Origin: a virus
Length of the DNA stretch: 37,642 nt
Virus genome (UHGV): UHGV-0029174
Direction: 5' to 3' (one strand)
Below the pieces are notes generated by a model that was given only the letters and a program-made list of their open reading frames with translations, had not been told where the DNA came from and searched no databases. Numbering within the stretch: the stretch's first letter is position 1; each line of letters begins with the position of its first letter. Shown here piece after piece: positions 1-8,162 of this stretch. The translations under genes and the position numbers were made by a program.

Positions 1-3000
1 GTTTTCTTATCGAGCGCCGATACTGAGGCGTTTACACCGCTGATTGCCTCGCTGCGGGCGCTTGATTCGTCAGCAATAGCCTTGTCGAGACGGGAAACGC
101 TGGCGTCGGTCTTCTTATCAAGATCCGTGATCGATGCTTTTACCACGCTAATTGCTTCTGCTGTGGCCTTTTTCTCTTCGGCGATAACATTGTCAATACG
201 GTCAATCTGCGCGTTTGTTTCCCTGCGACCTTTCTTGTATTGGGCAGTAAGGGTAACGCGCGTGTTGGTTTGAGCGATTGAGTTGTTAATAAGTGCAATC
301 GAGGCGTTTTGCAGGCTTGCTTTTGCCTGATTTATTTCGTCGCTGTTTTTATCAACATTATTCCCAACAGTGCCAAGTTTAGCGCTGATGCCAGATATAG
401 CCTGGGCGCGGGCGCTTGTTTCGTCGGCGATGGCTTGATCAAGGCGGTTCACGCTGGCGTCAGTTTTCTTGTCAAGATTGCTTATTGAGGCGTTCACGTT
501 GTTAATTGCTTCAGCGCGGGCGCTTGTTTCGTCAGCTACTGCGCGTTGCACGTTAGAAATCTGACCTTTAAGGTTGGAATCCATCGTGTTCATTTCTGCG
601 GTGATGGTTTCCAGTGATTCCGCTGTAGCCTTTTTCTCTTCAGCAATAACGTTGTCAATACGGTCAATTTCCGCTTTCGTCTCTGTTCTGCCTTTCTTGT
701 ACTGGGCAGTGAGAGTTACGCGAGTGTTAGCCTGTGCAAGTGAGTTATTGATAAGCGCCAATGACGCGTTTTGCAGGCTTGCTTTTGCTTGCGCCAGTTC
801 GCTGCCAACTTTTTCGCTAGATACCTCCAGCGAATCTATTCTTGCCTCATGCTGTCCAATATCATCGGCGTTTTCCCCAACCTTTTTATAAAGATCTTCC
901 GTTTCTTTTTTCAGTGTGTCCGTGTCAGCTTTTATGGCCCCCGTTTCTGTGATTAGGCCGTCCGTGTCAGTCCTCAAATCTTCAGTGATGTTTGTCAGGT
1001 TATCAGTTGCAGTTTTGAGGCTGTCAGTAGCGTTTTTAAGGTCATTTGTAGCGCTTTCGATAAGGTCTGCGCGGTCGCCTAGATCTTTAATGTCGCCAAT
1101 CATCCCTTTAAACTGTTCTGAATTAATCACGTCTTTTGTGACGTAGTCGCTGATTTCATCGAAGTTTTCAGTCGGTTTGCCTGATGCTTCAACGAAGTCT
1201 GACACACCAAAGGCATTACGCGTGCGCACATAAACGTAATATGTATGGCCCGTGTTCATGCCGCCAAAAGTCCACTGATACCCGCGCCCGGTAAACTGAG
1301 CTGATGTTGTTACTTTTGATGGGTCTGTGATCTGATTTTCGCCTGAGTAATAAAACTCGTATGCTGTATCAGTGGTCAGGGTTGTTTTGCTGATCGGGTA
1401 CACTGTTGCCTGAAAAACACCGGGAACCCAATTAACTCCTATCGGGGCAGCTGGTGCACCAATAACCAGGTCCACAATACTTTCCGCACCCTTCATGCCA
1501 GTGTCATTACGACCGCGAATACCAAGCGTGTAGCTGCCAGCATCAAGGCCATAAAACTCATAGCGGTAATTCGTTGTTTCATAAGTTGCCACCACGCGGC
1601 CTTCGGCGTTATATACGCGGATCTCAAAGGTCAGGCGATGCGTTGTCGTCTGTGTTTCCCATGTAGCTCGACATTGAACAGTTTCAGAACCAACATTTAA
1701 CACCTTCAGGTTTTCAATGTTCGGCACGCGGAAGTGATTAAGCGTGTCGTTGTTTACCTCAAAGATTGCGCCTTCATCAACTACAGCCTGTTTGTGAGGA
1801 TCATGCTGTGCCGCCTCGATGGTGTACACGCTGTTATTTTCTGTTTCTGCTACGCTGGTGATTCGACACAGAACAGGTTTTGCAGATTCAGTAGACACAG
1901 CAAATACGGTTCCGTTGCGAATCCATGCGGGCGCGGTTGCGAGGGTAATGTTGTTTCCGTCAACTCCGGTTATCTGGTGTTTTTTAAACTTGCCGTCGCT
2001 ATCCAGTAAGCTGATAGTGTCACCAGCCGCCACCAGGTCAGAATCAACCTTGTCTACAGTTATCACTTTCCCATTATTCGCCACGATGCGACCGCCTAAA
2101 CGAGCGCCAGCGCGGTTATTGTCGAGTATCTCGATAATATCACCTGGTGTGAAGTGAATTGCGTCACGGGCCATTTTAAACGTGAATTTTGACGGTTCTC
2201 GTTTTGCTGTTTCTATCAGCCATTTGCCAGCGCGGTACGCCTGCCCGCGTGACGTGCAACCGAAAGCCTCCAACGTGGTTTCGTTATAACCATCGCGGGC
2301 GATCAGTTCGTCATCTGCCACGTATTCTTTTGATTGTTCCCAACCGTTTTCCGGGTCAGTCCATGACACGATCACGGCGTTGTAAGATTCTGCGCGGGCG
2401 ATACTTGAGCGAGTGAACGCGCCATCAACGACGTTAGCATTCGTGATGGTGGCAATTGGATCCTGCGGTGCATCAATCATCACAGTAAGGCGCTGACCGT
2501 CCCATAACGCGATACCACGGAACATACCTGCAATGTTATCCAGCAAGTCGCGGGCGCTCATTTGCTCCGTGATGTAAGCGTTAAGCGTCATGCGTGGTTC
2601 AAAGCCGCCGTAACCGTCGTTTACCAACTGGTCGCAGTATTGAGAAAGCGTATATAATGCGCCGTCATCAACGTCAATGTAACCAGCGTGGCGGGCAAGC
2701 CCGAAGCGTTCATTTTTAACCAGGTACCGGAAAAGCCATGCTGGGTTGTTGGTGTATGCCTTTTTGAAGCCACCAAGCCATAAACCTGAGTATGTGCGTG
2801 TTTCCGGGTCGTAGTTATCAGGCACGTCAACAATCAGGCCGCGCATGTGATAAGTACGTGTCGGCGTGTCAGTATACTGATCGTGGTCAATTACCGCACC
2901 AGCGACAGCGGTATGAGGATAAGACAAGTTATCGTCGATTATCTCGCTGTAACTGCTCCACCTGGTGTCATTGTGAAGAAGATCGCCAGTGCTGTCCGGC

Positions 3001-3572
3001 GTTACGCGGCGAACGCGAATATCAAACGGTTTTTCATCCGGTGCTTTGATGATGTGCGCTTCGAGGTACTCGCCGCTTTGCTTACCCGGGCCAATGTGAA
3101 TGTCCTTAACCAGTGACCATGTTGTTGATGATGAAGGCTTAACGTCAACCATCAACGTAACGGATGTATTGTACTGATTGCCCTTATCATCTGACTGAAC
3201 CAGAGAATCAACGCCAAGATTCAGTCTTACGCGGTTAACGTTTGGATCTGAAACGGTCCTGATTATTGGTGTGTCGTGAGTTACTTTTGCGTTGACAATA
3301 ACGGTTGACTCAATAGCGTTGAAGCCGTTGATTGGTGACTGGTCAGCCGTACCATTACGCCACGCTACGCTAACGCCAGGGACTGATGTGTTTCCGCTTG
3401 CGTCAGTGATAGGCGTGTCATTAAGCATTACGCTGTTTAATGGCGCTTTCTGGTTTACTGGACCCACTATAGGCCCCTCACTTAAAATATCAAGGACACG
3501 ATAAAATTGTTTGTGATACAGGTTATCGTTTAATAATGTTGGTGTTTTGGCTTTGCCGCCGCCGCTACTCAT
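1..3572 (-). CDS. J: host specificity / central tail fibre protein J (lambda J-like), N-terminal ~1190 aa; 3' end beyond window start
   Basis: ATG at 3572 with SD AGGAGA; no complete minus-strand ORF listed in this frame, consistent with an open frame to position 1; N-terminus MSSGGGKAKTPTLLNDNLYHKQFYRVLDILSEGPIVGPV resembles lambda J (SEGPI-GPV); follows M-L-K-I in lambda order. Confidence 0.85.
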   Translation of the reverse strand, partial: MSSGGGKAKTPTLLNDNLYHKQFYRVLDILSEGPIVGPVNQKAPLNSVMLNDTPITDASGNTSVPGVSVAWRNGTADQSPINGFNAIESTVIVNAKVTHDTPIIRTVSDPNVNRVRLNLGVDSLVQSDDKGNQYNTSVTLMVDVKPSSSTTWSLVKDIHIGPGKQSGEYLEAHIIKAPDEKPFDIRVRRVTPDSTGDLLHNDTRWSSYSEIIDDNLSYPHTAVAGAVIDHDQYTDTPTRTYHMRGLIVDVPDNYDPETRTYSGLWLGGFKKAYTNNPAWLFRYLVKNERFGLARHAGYIDVDDGALYTLSQYCDQLVNDGYGGFEPRMTLNAYITEQMSARDLLDNIAGMFRGIALWDGQRLTVMIDAPQDPIATITNANVVDGAFTRSSIARAESYNAVIVSWTDPENGWEQSKEYVADDELIARDGYNETTLEAFGCTSRGQAYRAGKWLIETAKREPSKFTFKMARDAIHFTPGDIIEILDNNRAGARLGGRIVANNGKVITVDKVDSDLVAAGDTISLLDSDGKFKKHQITGVDGNNITLATAPAWIRNGTVFAVSTESAKPVLCRITSVAETENNSVYTIEAAQHDPHKQAVVDEGAIFEVNNDTLNHFRVPNIENLKVLNVGSETVQCRATWETQTTTHRLTFEIRVYNAEGRVVATYETTNYRYEFYGLDAGSYTLGIRGRNDTGMKGAESIVDLVIGAPAAPIGVNWVPGVFQATVYPISKTTLTTDTAYEFYYSGENQITDPSKVTTSAQFTGRGYQWTFGGMNTGHTYYVYVRTRNAFGVSDFVEASGKPTENFDEISDYVTKDVINSEQFKGMIGDIKDLGDRADLIESATNDLKNATDSLKTATDNLTNITEDLRTDTDGLITETGAIKADTDTLKKETEDLYKKVGENADDIGQHEARIDSLEVSSEKVGSELAQAKASLQNASLALINNSLAQANTRVTLTAQYKKGRTETKAEIDRIDNVIAEEKKATAESLETITAEMNTMDSNLKGQISNVQRAVADETSARAEAINNVNASISNLDKKTDASVNRLDQAIADETSARAQAISGISAKLGTVGNNVDKNSDEINQAKASLQNASIALINNSIAQTNTRVTLTAQYKKGRRETNAQIDRIDNVIAEEKKATAEAISVVKASITDLDKKTDASVSRLDKAIADESSARSEAISGVNASVSALDKK
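163..329 (-). repeat. copy 1 of ~167-bp intragenic direct repeat inside J (~85% identity to 625..791)
   Basis: Antisense ORFs 82..273 and 574..891 share near-identical peptide segments; offset 462 nt = 154 codons, so in-frame. Confidence 0.6.
625..791 (-). repeat. copy 2 of intragenic direct repeat inside J
   Basis: Pairs with 163..329. Confidence 0.6.
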
Positions 3573-3585
3573 GGTTTTTCTCCTG

Positions 3586-4116
3586 TTAACTTACAACGTC
3601 AAGGGCGTCTCTGTTGTTACTTGTATCTATGCCTAACGATCCGACGTTTGAACCTATTTTCATTTCACCCAACAGGATCGGCACTGGTCTACCCTGGCCA
3701 ACCTTGTTTTCAACGCTGGTGTATGTGTTGTTAGATATGGTGTTATCTTGTGCGCTTTCTGCTGATGTTTTTATCTTCATGTTGCGAGACATGAAGATCG
3801 AGAACGCAACGCTAACAACCGAAACACCGATCAAAATCCAGCCTACAACGCCAATCCCTGCAATACCGCCTTCCACCACTGGCGCAACAATGACGGTAGT
3901 CCCGTCCGGGTATTTACTGTTAACCGCTGCGGGCGCGGTCTTTTCGTCATAATCTTTTCCGGCAATTCGCAAGCGCAATGGGGTGCTTAAAAACGCCTTT
4001 TTGAACTCATGATTCTGCGCAACCAATAAGCTAAGCCCTTGCGCTGGCGTATCAACGTTTAAACACACCTTGCCGTAATATCTTCGAAGATTGCCCGTAA
4101 ATCTAAATTTGAGCAT
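3586..4116 (-). CDS. I: tail assembly protein I-like
   Basis: ATG 4116 with SD GGAGAT; C-terminal LLGEMKIGSNVGS resembles lambda I (YGEMRVGSRVVS); between K and J. Confidence 0.7.
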   Translation of the reverse strand: MLKFRFTGNLRRYYGKVCLNVDTPAQGLSLLVAQNHEFKKAFLSTPLRLRIAGKDYDEKTAPAAVNSKYPDGTTVIVAPVVEGGIAGIGVVGWILIGVSVVSVAFSIFMSRNMKIKTSAESAQDNTISNNTYTSVENKVGQGRPVPILLGEMKIGSNVGSLGIDTSNNRDALDVVS

Positions 4117-4790
4117 TTGTCAGATCTCCATATTGAATTGGTCTGTCGAACATACGCGGGCCGCATTTGCTCGCGGCGGCTTAACAGTCCGGCATTGTCA
4201 TGATGCAAAACAGTGTTATCGCCCAGGTAAATCATCGCGTGGCATGGGTCAGCGCCTTTAAACGGCTGGCGAATAATCACGTCACCGGGCTGAACGCTTT
4301 GCGCGTCAACCATGAAAAACCCGTTCAATGGCAGGTTCTTTATGTACAGGTTTTCCCCACGCAGCCACCACCCATCGTGGCGCTCAAAGTCAGGCAGATC
4401 CACGCCGCAAAGGTGATAGGCGTCACGAAAAAGCGAGTAACAATCCGTTTTCCCGTGCTCAAATTTACGGCCCAACAGGTGCGCCACTGGGCGGAACTTT
4501 CTCACCCTGCCACCGGAGCATAAAAACCACGGTAGGCCGGAAATAACCTGCTGTTGTCGATCCCGTGCTGACAATACCAATGAATTGTCAGTATGGGAGT
4601 GGAAAACGGCTGTTATAACGCCAAGTTCGTCAGCTTTGATATAATCGTCAGGCGAGATTTTAAAGCTGTTGTGCGGCGTTTCTGACACGTTAGCGCACGG
4701 GTAAAAATAATCGTTATCTATCACCAGCCCGCACACTTCCTCGCGCGGGTGGGCTGCCGCATAGCGAATCATTTTATCTTCAAGTGCCAT
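4059..4790 (-). CDS. K: tail assembly protein K-like (MPN/JAB motif plus NlpC/P60-like Cys-His domain)
   Basis: HSHTDNS...S..D JAB-like motif and C...H NlpC/P60-like motif; start trimmed to MALEDK (ATG 4790) directly after L stop at 4793. Confidence 0.8.
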   Translation of the reverse strand: MALEDKMIRYAAAHPREEVCGLVIDNDYFYPCANVSETPHNSFKISPDDYIKADELGVITAVFHSHTDNSLVLSARDRQQQVISGLPWFLCSGGRVRKFRPVAHLLGRKFEHGKTDCYSLFRDAYHLCGVDLPDFERHDGWWLRGENLYIKNLPLNGFFMVDAQSVQPGDVIIRQPFKGADPCHAMIYLGDNTVLHHDNAGLLSRREQMRPAYVRQTNSIWRSDKCSNLDLRAIFEDITARCV

Positions 4791-4792
4791 AA

Positions 4793-5497
4793 TTAACCGA
4801 CCTTGCTTGATCCGGGGAAACATGAAATTGGTAACGGATTGGGGCGCGGGAAACGCAAACGGCAACCGCTCAGGCGGTGGCTGCATTTATCCAGTTTTGG
4901 ATCGCTGGTCGATTCGTCTTTATCTGTAGCCACAGGGCCGCCACTGTATCCGCAACCGTCGCCCCGGTATTGCCACTGGCAAACGTCAGCGAGGATTGTG
5001 CGCCCAGGGATAACTGCCTTGTCGGCATCAATTGGCGTTGAAAGTTCATATTGCACCTGGTCGGCCGTTTCTTCGCTCATCGCCTCAACGACGTAAAAAG
5101 ATACAGCCTCGATAGACGGATCTGCATCCGGGTTGCCATTGGGGAAGTTGACAGCGTCCAGATATTTTACTTCCACCTGGCGGCGCGTAACCTTCATTCC
5201 TCGCAGGTCGTTAAAATCGTTGTTCATCCCGGTGATTAGCCCGCCAATGTTGGCTACTACCATTTGCGGGCGCGAGTAAACGCCTTCGTTTTTCATTTCG
5301 AAGCCAGTAGCCTCGATTGGGTAGCTGTTGTAAGTCACTCCCTTCCAGATAACCGGGCCGTAATAACCATTCGCGCCGGAATGGAAGCGGATAACCTCGC
5401 CACCCAGGGGTGTGAGGTCTAATTCAAACAGGTCAATTACCGCGCCGACTCCGGCATCGACGGAATCAATAATCATTTCTGTAGGTATGCTGCGCAT
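4793..5497 (-). CDS. L: minor tail protein L
   Basis: SD AAGGTGA; RRQVEVKYLDAVNFPNGNPDADP and QWQYRGDGCGYSG closely resemble lambda L (RRKVYARFLDAVNFVNGNSYADP; TWTYRGDECGYSG). Confidence 0.85.
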   Translation of the reverse strand: MRSIPTEMIIDSVDAGVGAVIDLFELDLTPLGGEVIRFHSGANGYYGPVIWKGVTYNSYPIEATGFEMKNEGVYSRPQMVVANIGGLITGMNNDFNDLRGMKVTRRQVEVKYLDAVNFPNGNPDADPSIEAVSFYVVEAMSEETADQVQYELSTPIDADKAVIPGRTILADVCQWQYRGDGCGYSGGPVATDKDESTSDPKLDKCSHRLSGCRLRFPRPNPLPISCFPGSSKVG

Positions 5498-5515
5498 TTT
5501 TTCACCTTGTCATTT

Positions 5516-5531
5516 TGTGATCGCTGTCACG
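5516..5531. promoter_or_regulatory. CRP-like palindrome TGTGA-N6-TCACg centred ~63 bp upstream of the predicted start of promoter 5551..5579
   Basis: TGTGATCGCTGTCACG; near-identical TGTGATCGCAATCACG at 34021..34036. Confidence 0.4.
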
Positions 5532-5550
5532 CTAAATCATACCAAAACGG

Positions 5551-5579
5551 TTGATCGCGATTTTTACAATATGTATATT
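5551..5579 (+). promoter_or_regulatory. sigma70-like promoter (TTGATC-N17-TATATT) for plus-strand cassette
   Basis: -35 at 5551..5556, 17-nt spacer, -10 at 5574..5579, upstream of SD AAGGAA and ATG 5596. Confidence 0.5.
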
Positions 5580-5595
5580 GTACTCAAAAGGAAGC

Positions 5596-5829
5596 ATGGT
5601 TAACAAAATGGCGCGGAGGTATGAGGTGGATGATAAGGTGTGGAGGTTGACGGTGTTCCTTAGTGATGGCAGGGAAATGACTGTTGCCCTGTATAAAGAT
5701 GAAGGCGAGGCACTTACTGACGCGCTATTACTCGCTGAAGACGAAAGGGTTTTGGGGTACAGGATTAAACCTGTCAAATGGGAGGTTATAACAAAAAATG
5801 AAAAAATACAGGTTAGACGTGTGGACTGA
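5596..5829 (+). CDS. hypothetical protein (78 aa), first gene of antisense cassette between L and M
   Basis: ATG 5596 with SD AAGGAA; in frame with track ORF 5551..5829. Confidence 0.5.
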   Translation: MVNKMARRYEVDDKVWRLTVFLSDGREMTVALYKDEGEALTDALLLAEDERVLGYRIKPVKWEVITKNEKIQVRRVD

Positions 5830-6148
5830 TAAATGCGAATGGGAAAGCATGGGGCTATTTGACACATTTGAATCAGCGCGTGATGAAGGTTGCGAATTGC
5901 TCCGCTGTTGGTCTAACGCTCGTGATTATTATGTTATTCCTGTACAAGTACCGGATAAGGCGGAAGAGATGAACCCGAAAGACATTAACTTTAACGTCAA
6001 TGTTGAATTCGCTGATTCTATGGATCAGTCTTGCCCTGGTGAAATACACGCAAAAGGTTTCCCGGCAGACAATCCAGAAGCAAAACGCGAATACGAAAAA
6101 GCTGCGAAAGACTTCTGCATAGATAACCTGGGCGCATTCGATAAATAA
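5798..6148 (+). CDS. hypothetical acidic protein (116 aa)
   Basis: Track ORF; overlaps upstream gene end; GGGAGG upstream. Confidence 0.5.
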   Translation: MKKYRLDVWTDKCEWESMGLFDTFESARDEGCELLRCWSNARDYYVIPVQVPDKAEEMNPKDINFNVNVEFADSMDQSCPGEIHAKGFPADNPEAKREYEKAAKDFCIDNLGAFDK

Positions 6149-6157
6149 GGCGGCAAC

Positions 6158-6406
6158 ATGGGGCGGCGCAATCACGGTGATTATGTGTACACGTTGAAAC
6201 AGGCCGCCCGCCTCATCGGTTATCATGAGCACGAATTTATTGATTTGCTGATTGAGCGCGGGATACTGTACCAGGTCTGTTTAACACTGTACCCAAAAGC
6301 GAAATACCTACAGGAAAAGTTATTCATCATCATGACGGATGAAAACCAGGTTAATCATTCATTCGTCACTGATAAGGGCGTTAATTATCTGCGTGATAAC
6401 TTATAG
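6158..6406 (+). CDS. hypothetical protein with HTH-like segment (TLKQAARLIG...IERGIL), possible DNA-binding regulator
   Basis: Track ORF; SD AAGGCGG; HTH call is by eye. Confidence 0.45.
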   Translation: MGRRNHGDYVYTLKQAARLIGYHEHEFIDLLIERGILYQVCLTLYPKAKYLQEKLFIIMTDENQVNHSFVTDKGVNYLRDNL

Positions 6407-6416
6407 GTGACAGATT

Positions 6417-6533
6417 ATGAAAATAGAAGTTTTGGCGCTAATAATAATGGGATTGATAGTGTTTGGCGTTCATGCTGTAGATCTGGACTGGAAAACGATA
6501 GCGGAAAATATAGCGTTAATGGAAATGGGATAA
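6417..6533 (+). CDS. small membrane peptide (38 aa, MKIEVLALIIMGLIVFGVHA...)
   Basis: ATG 6417 with SD AGGTGA; hydrophobic N-terminus; ends just before terminator hairpin; below track size cut-off. Confidence 0.35.
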   Translation: MKIEVLALIIMGLIVFGVHAVDLDWKTIAENIALMEMG

Positions 6534-6537
6534 TAAT

Positions 6538-6566
6538 AACCCCGCCGTGGCGGGGTGTTTTTTTTA
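6538..6566 (+). terminator. rho-independent terminator (CCCCGCC-gtg-GCGGGG then T8), weaker on the minus strand
   Basis: GC stem-loop followed by TGTTTTTTTT, between convergent genes. Confidence 0.6.
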
Positions 6567-6776
6567 ATCGTAGGATAGAAATGCTACTTCTTTGCCATCC
6601 CAAGTCGTACAGCCGATATATCCATCACCCATGTCATGAAGATACCACGTCTCACCGTTATCAGCCCGTACAGTGAGATCATTAATTTCATAGTCGGCAA
6701 ACAATGTGAAAGCGCCAGTGCGCTCCACTACACAAAAATAAGGCATACCCCCTCCCTTAATTAATAACTTGCTCAA
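6564..6776 (-). CDS. hypothetical protein (70 aa)
   Basis: Track ORF directly downstream of M. Confidence 0.45.
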   Translation of the reverse strand: MSKLLIKGGGMPYFCVVERTGAFTLFADYEINDLTVRADNGETWYLHDMGDGYIGCTTWDGKEVAFLSYD

Positions 6777-7110
6777 ACGTTGCGTTTAGTGTGTACACAG
6801 GCCCGTCTTTGGTCATGCTCCAGCTACGGCAAACGAAAAGCCTTTGCACCCCATCCATCGAAGGCGTCCAGTAGAAAGCATCGACAGCGCCTCGCGCCCT
6901 CAAGAATGCTTCTGCCTGGATCGCTACATTCCCACTATCACCGCACCCCGCACTACTGCCTTTAAAAACCAGGGTGTAACTATCAAGTAATGTGTTAATC
7001 CCTTTCGCCTGTCTTTGTTCATAGTTGTCACCAAGTTTAATGACAGATACGTTTGGTTCCCTGGTCACGCTGTAGCTTCTTTGCGGCGTCCATCTGAAAA
7101 CTTCCGGCAT
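6757..7110 (-). CDS. M: minor tail protein M
   Basis: SD GGGGG; FRWTPQRSYSV, YWTPSMDG and C-terminal ATFEQVIN resemble lambda M (FRWKVKPGMDV, LWTPPYEW, AEFEQVVN). Confidence 0.8.
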   Translation of the reverse strand: MPEVFRWTPQRSYSVTREPNVSVIKLGDNYEQRQAKGINTLLDSYTLVFKGSSAGCGDSGNVAIQAEAFLRARGAVDAFYWTPSMDGVQRLFVCRSWSMTKDGPVYTLNATFEQVIN

Positions 7111-7140
7111 GATTCCCCCTATAAGTTACATATTGCATAC

Positions 7141-7178
7141 ATCTTTACGCGCTGCTACGCGAAAAATGAGAAATTCAT
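7141..7178 (-). promoter_or_regulatory. conserved ~38-bp element upstream of M (copy 1; second copy 19364..19400 upstream of portal)
   Basis: Plus strand TTTACGCGCTGCTACGCGAAAAATGAGAAATTC vs TTTACGCGTTGCTACGCGAAAAATAGAAAAATTC. Confidence 0.4.
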
Positions 7179-7198
7179 CACAAGAATTATAACCAGTT

Positions 7199-7238
7199 TA
7201 CAAAATGGCTTCACATAAGGCGTGACAAGATGTATATA
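7199..7238 (+). promoter_or_regulatory. promoter for second plus-strand cassette (ACAAAATGGCTTCACA; -35 TTCACA; -10 TATATA)
   Basis: 15-mer ACAAAATGGCTTCAC identical to 10546..10560; TTCACA-N17-TATATA. Confidence 0.45.
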
Positions 7239-7280
7239 GTAAGCAAGAAGAAAAAGCAGTACCGACAAAGGGGGGGCAAT

Positions 7281-7436
7281 ATGGAACGCTATGTGGTTGT
7301 GATGCTGAACAAAGCATTCGAACAGGTGGAAGTTGCGATTGTGAAGGGCTTTGATGATGCATTCAAATACGGTCAATTCATGATGAATGCAAAAGAAGAT
7401 GAATACCGTGATTTCTTCCTGAAAGTGGTCAACTAA
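7281..7436 (+). CDS. hypothetical protein (51 aa; track ORF 7230..7436 trimmed to ATG with SD GGGGGG)
   Basis: Strong SD before ATG 7281; the predicted promoter places the transcript start inside the longer track ORF. Confidence 0.45.
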   Translation: MERYVVVMLNKAFEQVEVAIVKGFDDAFKYGQFMMNAKEDEYRDFFLKVVN

Positions 7437-7454
7437 TGGATTGTGGGGTGTGTT

Positions 7455-7709
7455 ATGAAATTGGTAGCGATTGGTAAAAATCTGAAAGCACAGAAAAACG
7501 CACAGGACCGGATCATCAAAAAGGGCAAGGCTTTATTAAATGCTTTCCTGAGAAAAGAGGCCACCCCCAAAAAATTACGCGATGGCTACGGTTATAAATT
7601 TGATATTAACCCCGATTGGCGGTTATTCAGCGAAGATTTAAAGGCGTGGTTAATTATCGACCATCTGGAATATAACAGGCACTGTGGGGTGAAAGGCGCT
7701 CACAAGTGA
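7455..7709 (+). CDS. hypothetical basic protein (84 aa)
   Basis: ATG 7455 with SD GGGGTG; in frame with track ORF 7443..7709. Confidence 0.45.
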   Translation: MKLVAIGKNLKAQKNAQDRIIKKGKALLNAFLRKEATPKKLRDGYGYKFDINPDWRLFSEDLKAWLIIDHLEYNRHCGVKGAHK

Positions 7710-7740
7710 CACGGATTTGAATGTTGCGGAGGAAAACAAA

Positions 7741-7911
7741 ATGAAAAACCCGGCAAATAAAAGCAACGTAAAACGCATAGCGTGGGTGCTAAAATATATG
7801 GATAGCAAAGGGGATACATATACATGCCCATTTTTCAGGTATACTGACGCGGTATTTGCCAGAAGTGTACACGGAGGGAAAATTGAAAGAGGATATACAA
7901 GATTTGAGTAA
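7741..7911 (+). CDS. hypothetical protein (56 aa)
   Basis: ATG 7741 with SD GAGGAA; track ORF 7717 uses TTG. Confidence 0.45.
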   Translation: MKNPANKSNVKRIAWVLKYMDSKGDTYTCPFFRYTDAVFARSVHGGKIERGYTRFE

Positions 7912-7949
7912 ATTTATTCACGAAATCAATAACATGATGAAGGTTTATA

Positions 7950-8129
7950 ATGATTATTCACGAGACTGAAGAATGTAGAAGGATTGATCTTAGTGTTGAA
8001 GATGATGGAAGATTATGGATCGTTAGCGACTGCGAGATGATTGTAATAGACAAAAAGCAAGCTGACGAACTGATAAGCGCATTACAGCTTTATGCAAACG
8101 GCGAATTTAAGAATGATGAAATTGAATAA
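7950..8129 (+). CDS. hypothetical acidic protein (59 aa, MIIHETEECRRIDLSVEDDG...)
   Basis: ATG 7950 with SD AAGG; ends 4 nt before terminator; below track size cut-off. Confidence 0.4.
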   Translation: MIIHETEECRRIDLSVEDDGRLWIVSDCEMIVIDKKQADELISALQLYANGEFKNDEIE

Positions 8130-8132
8130 AGA

Positions 8133-8162
8133 TAGCCCCGGCATTGTGCCGGGGTTTTGTTT
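8133..8162. terminator. terminator hairpin between convergent plus cassette and tape measure gene
   Basis: 8-bp stem CCCCGGCA/TGCCGGGG, 3-nt loop, then TTTTGTTTATTT on plus strand. Confidence 0.65.

Noticed and set aside
82-3504. Numerous plus-strand ORFs (63-112 aa) across 1..3572
   Set aside because: They are antisense to the continuous J reading frame; the duplicated peptide segments just mirror the J internal repeat
6407-6676. Plus-strand 89-aa ORF starting at GTG
   Set aside because: Reads through a strong terminator hairpin; replaced by the 38-aa ATG ORF 6417..6533, which has a proper SD and ends before the terminator
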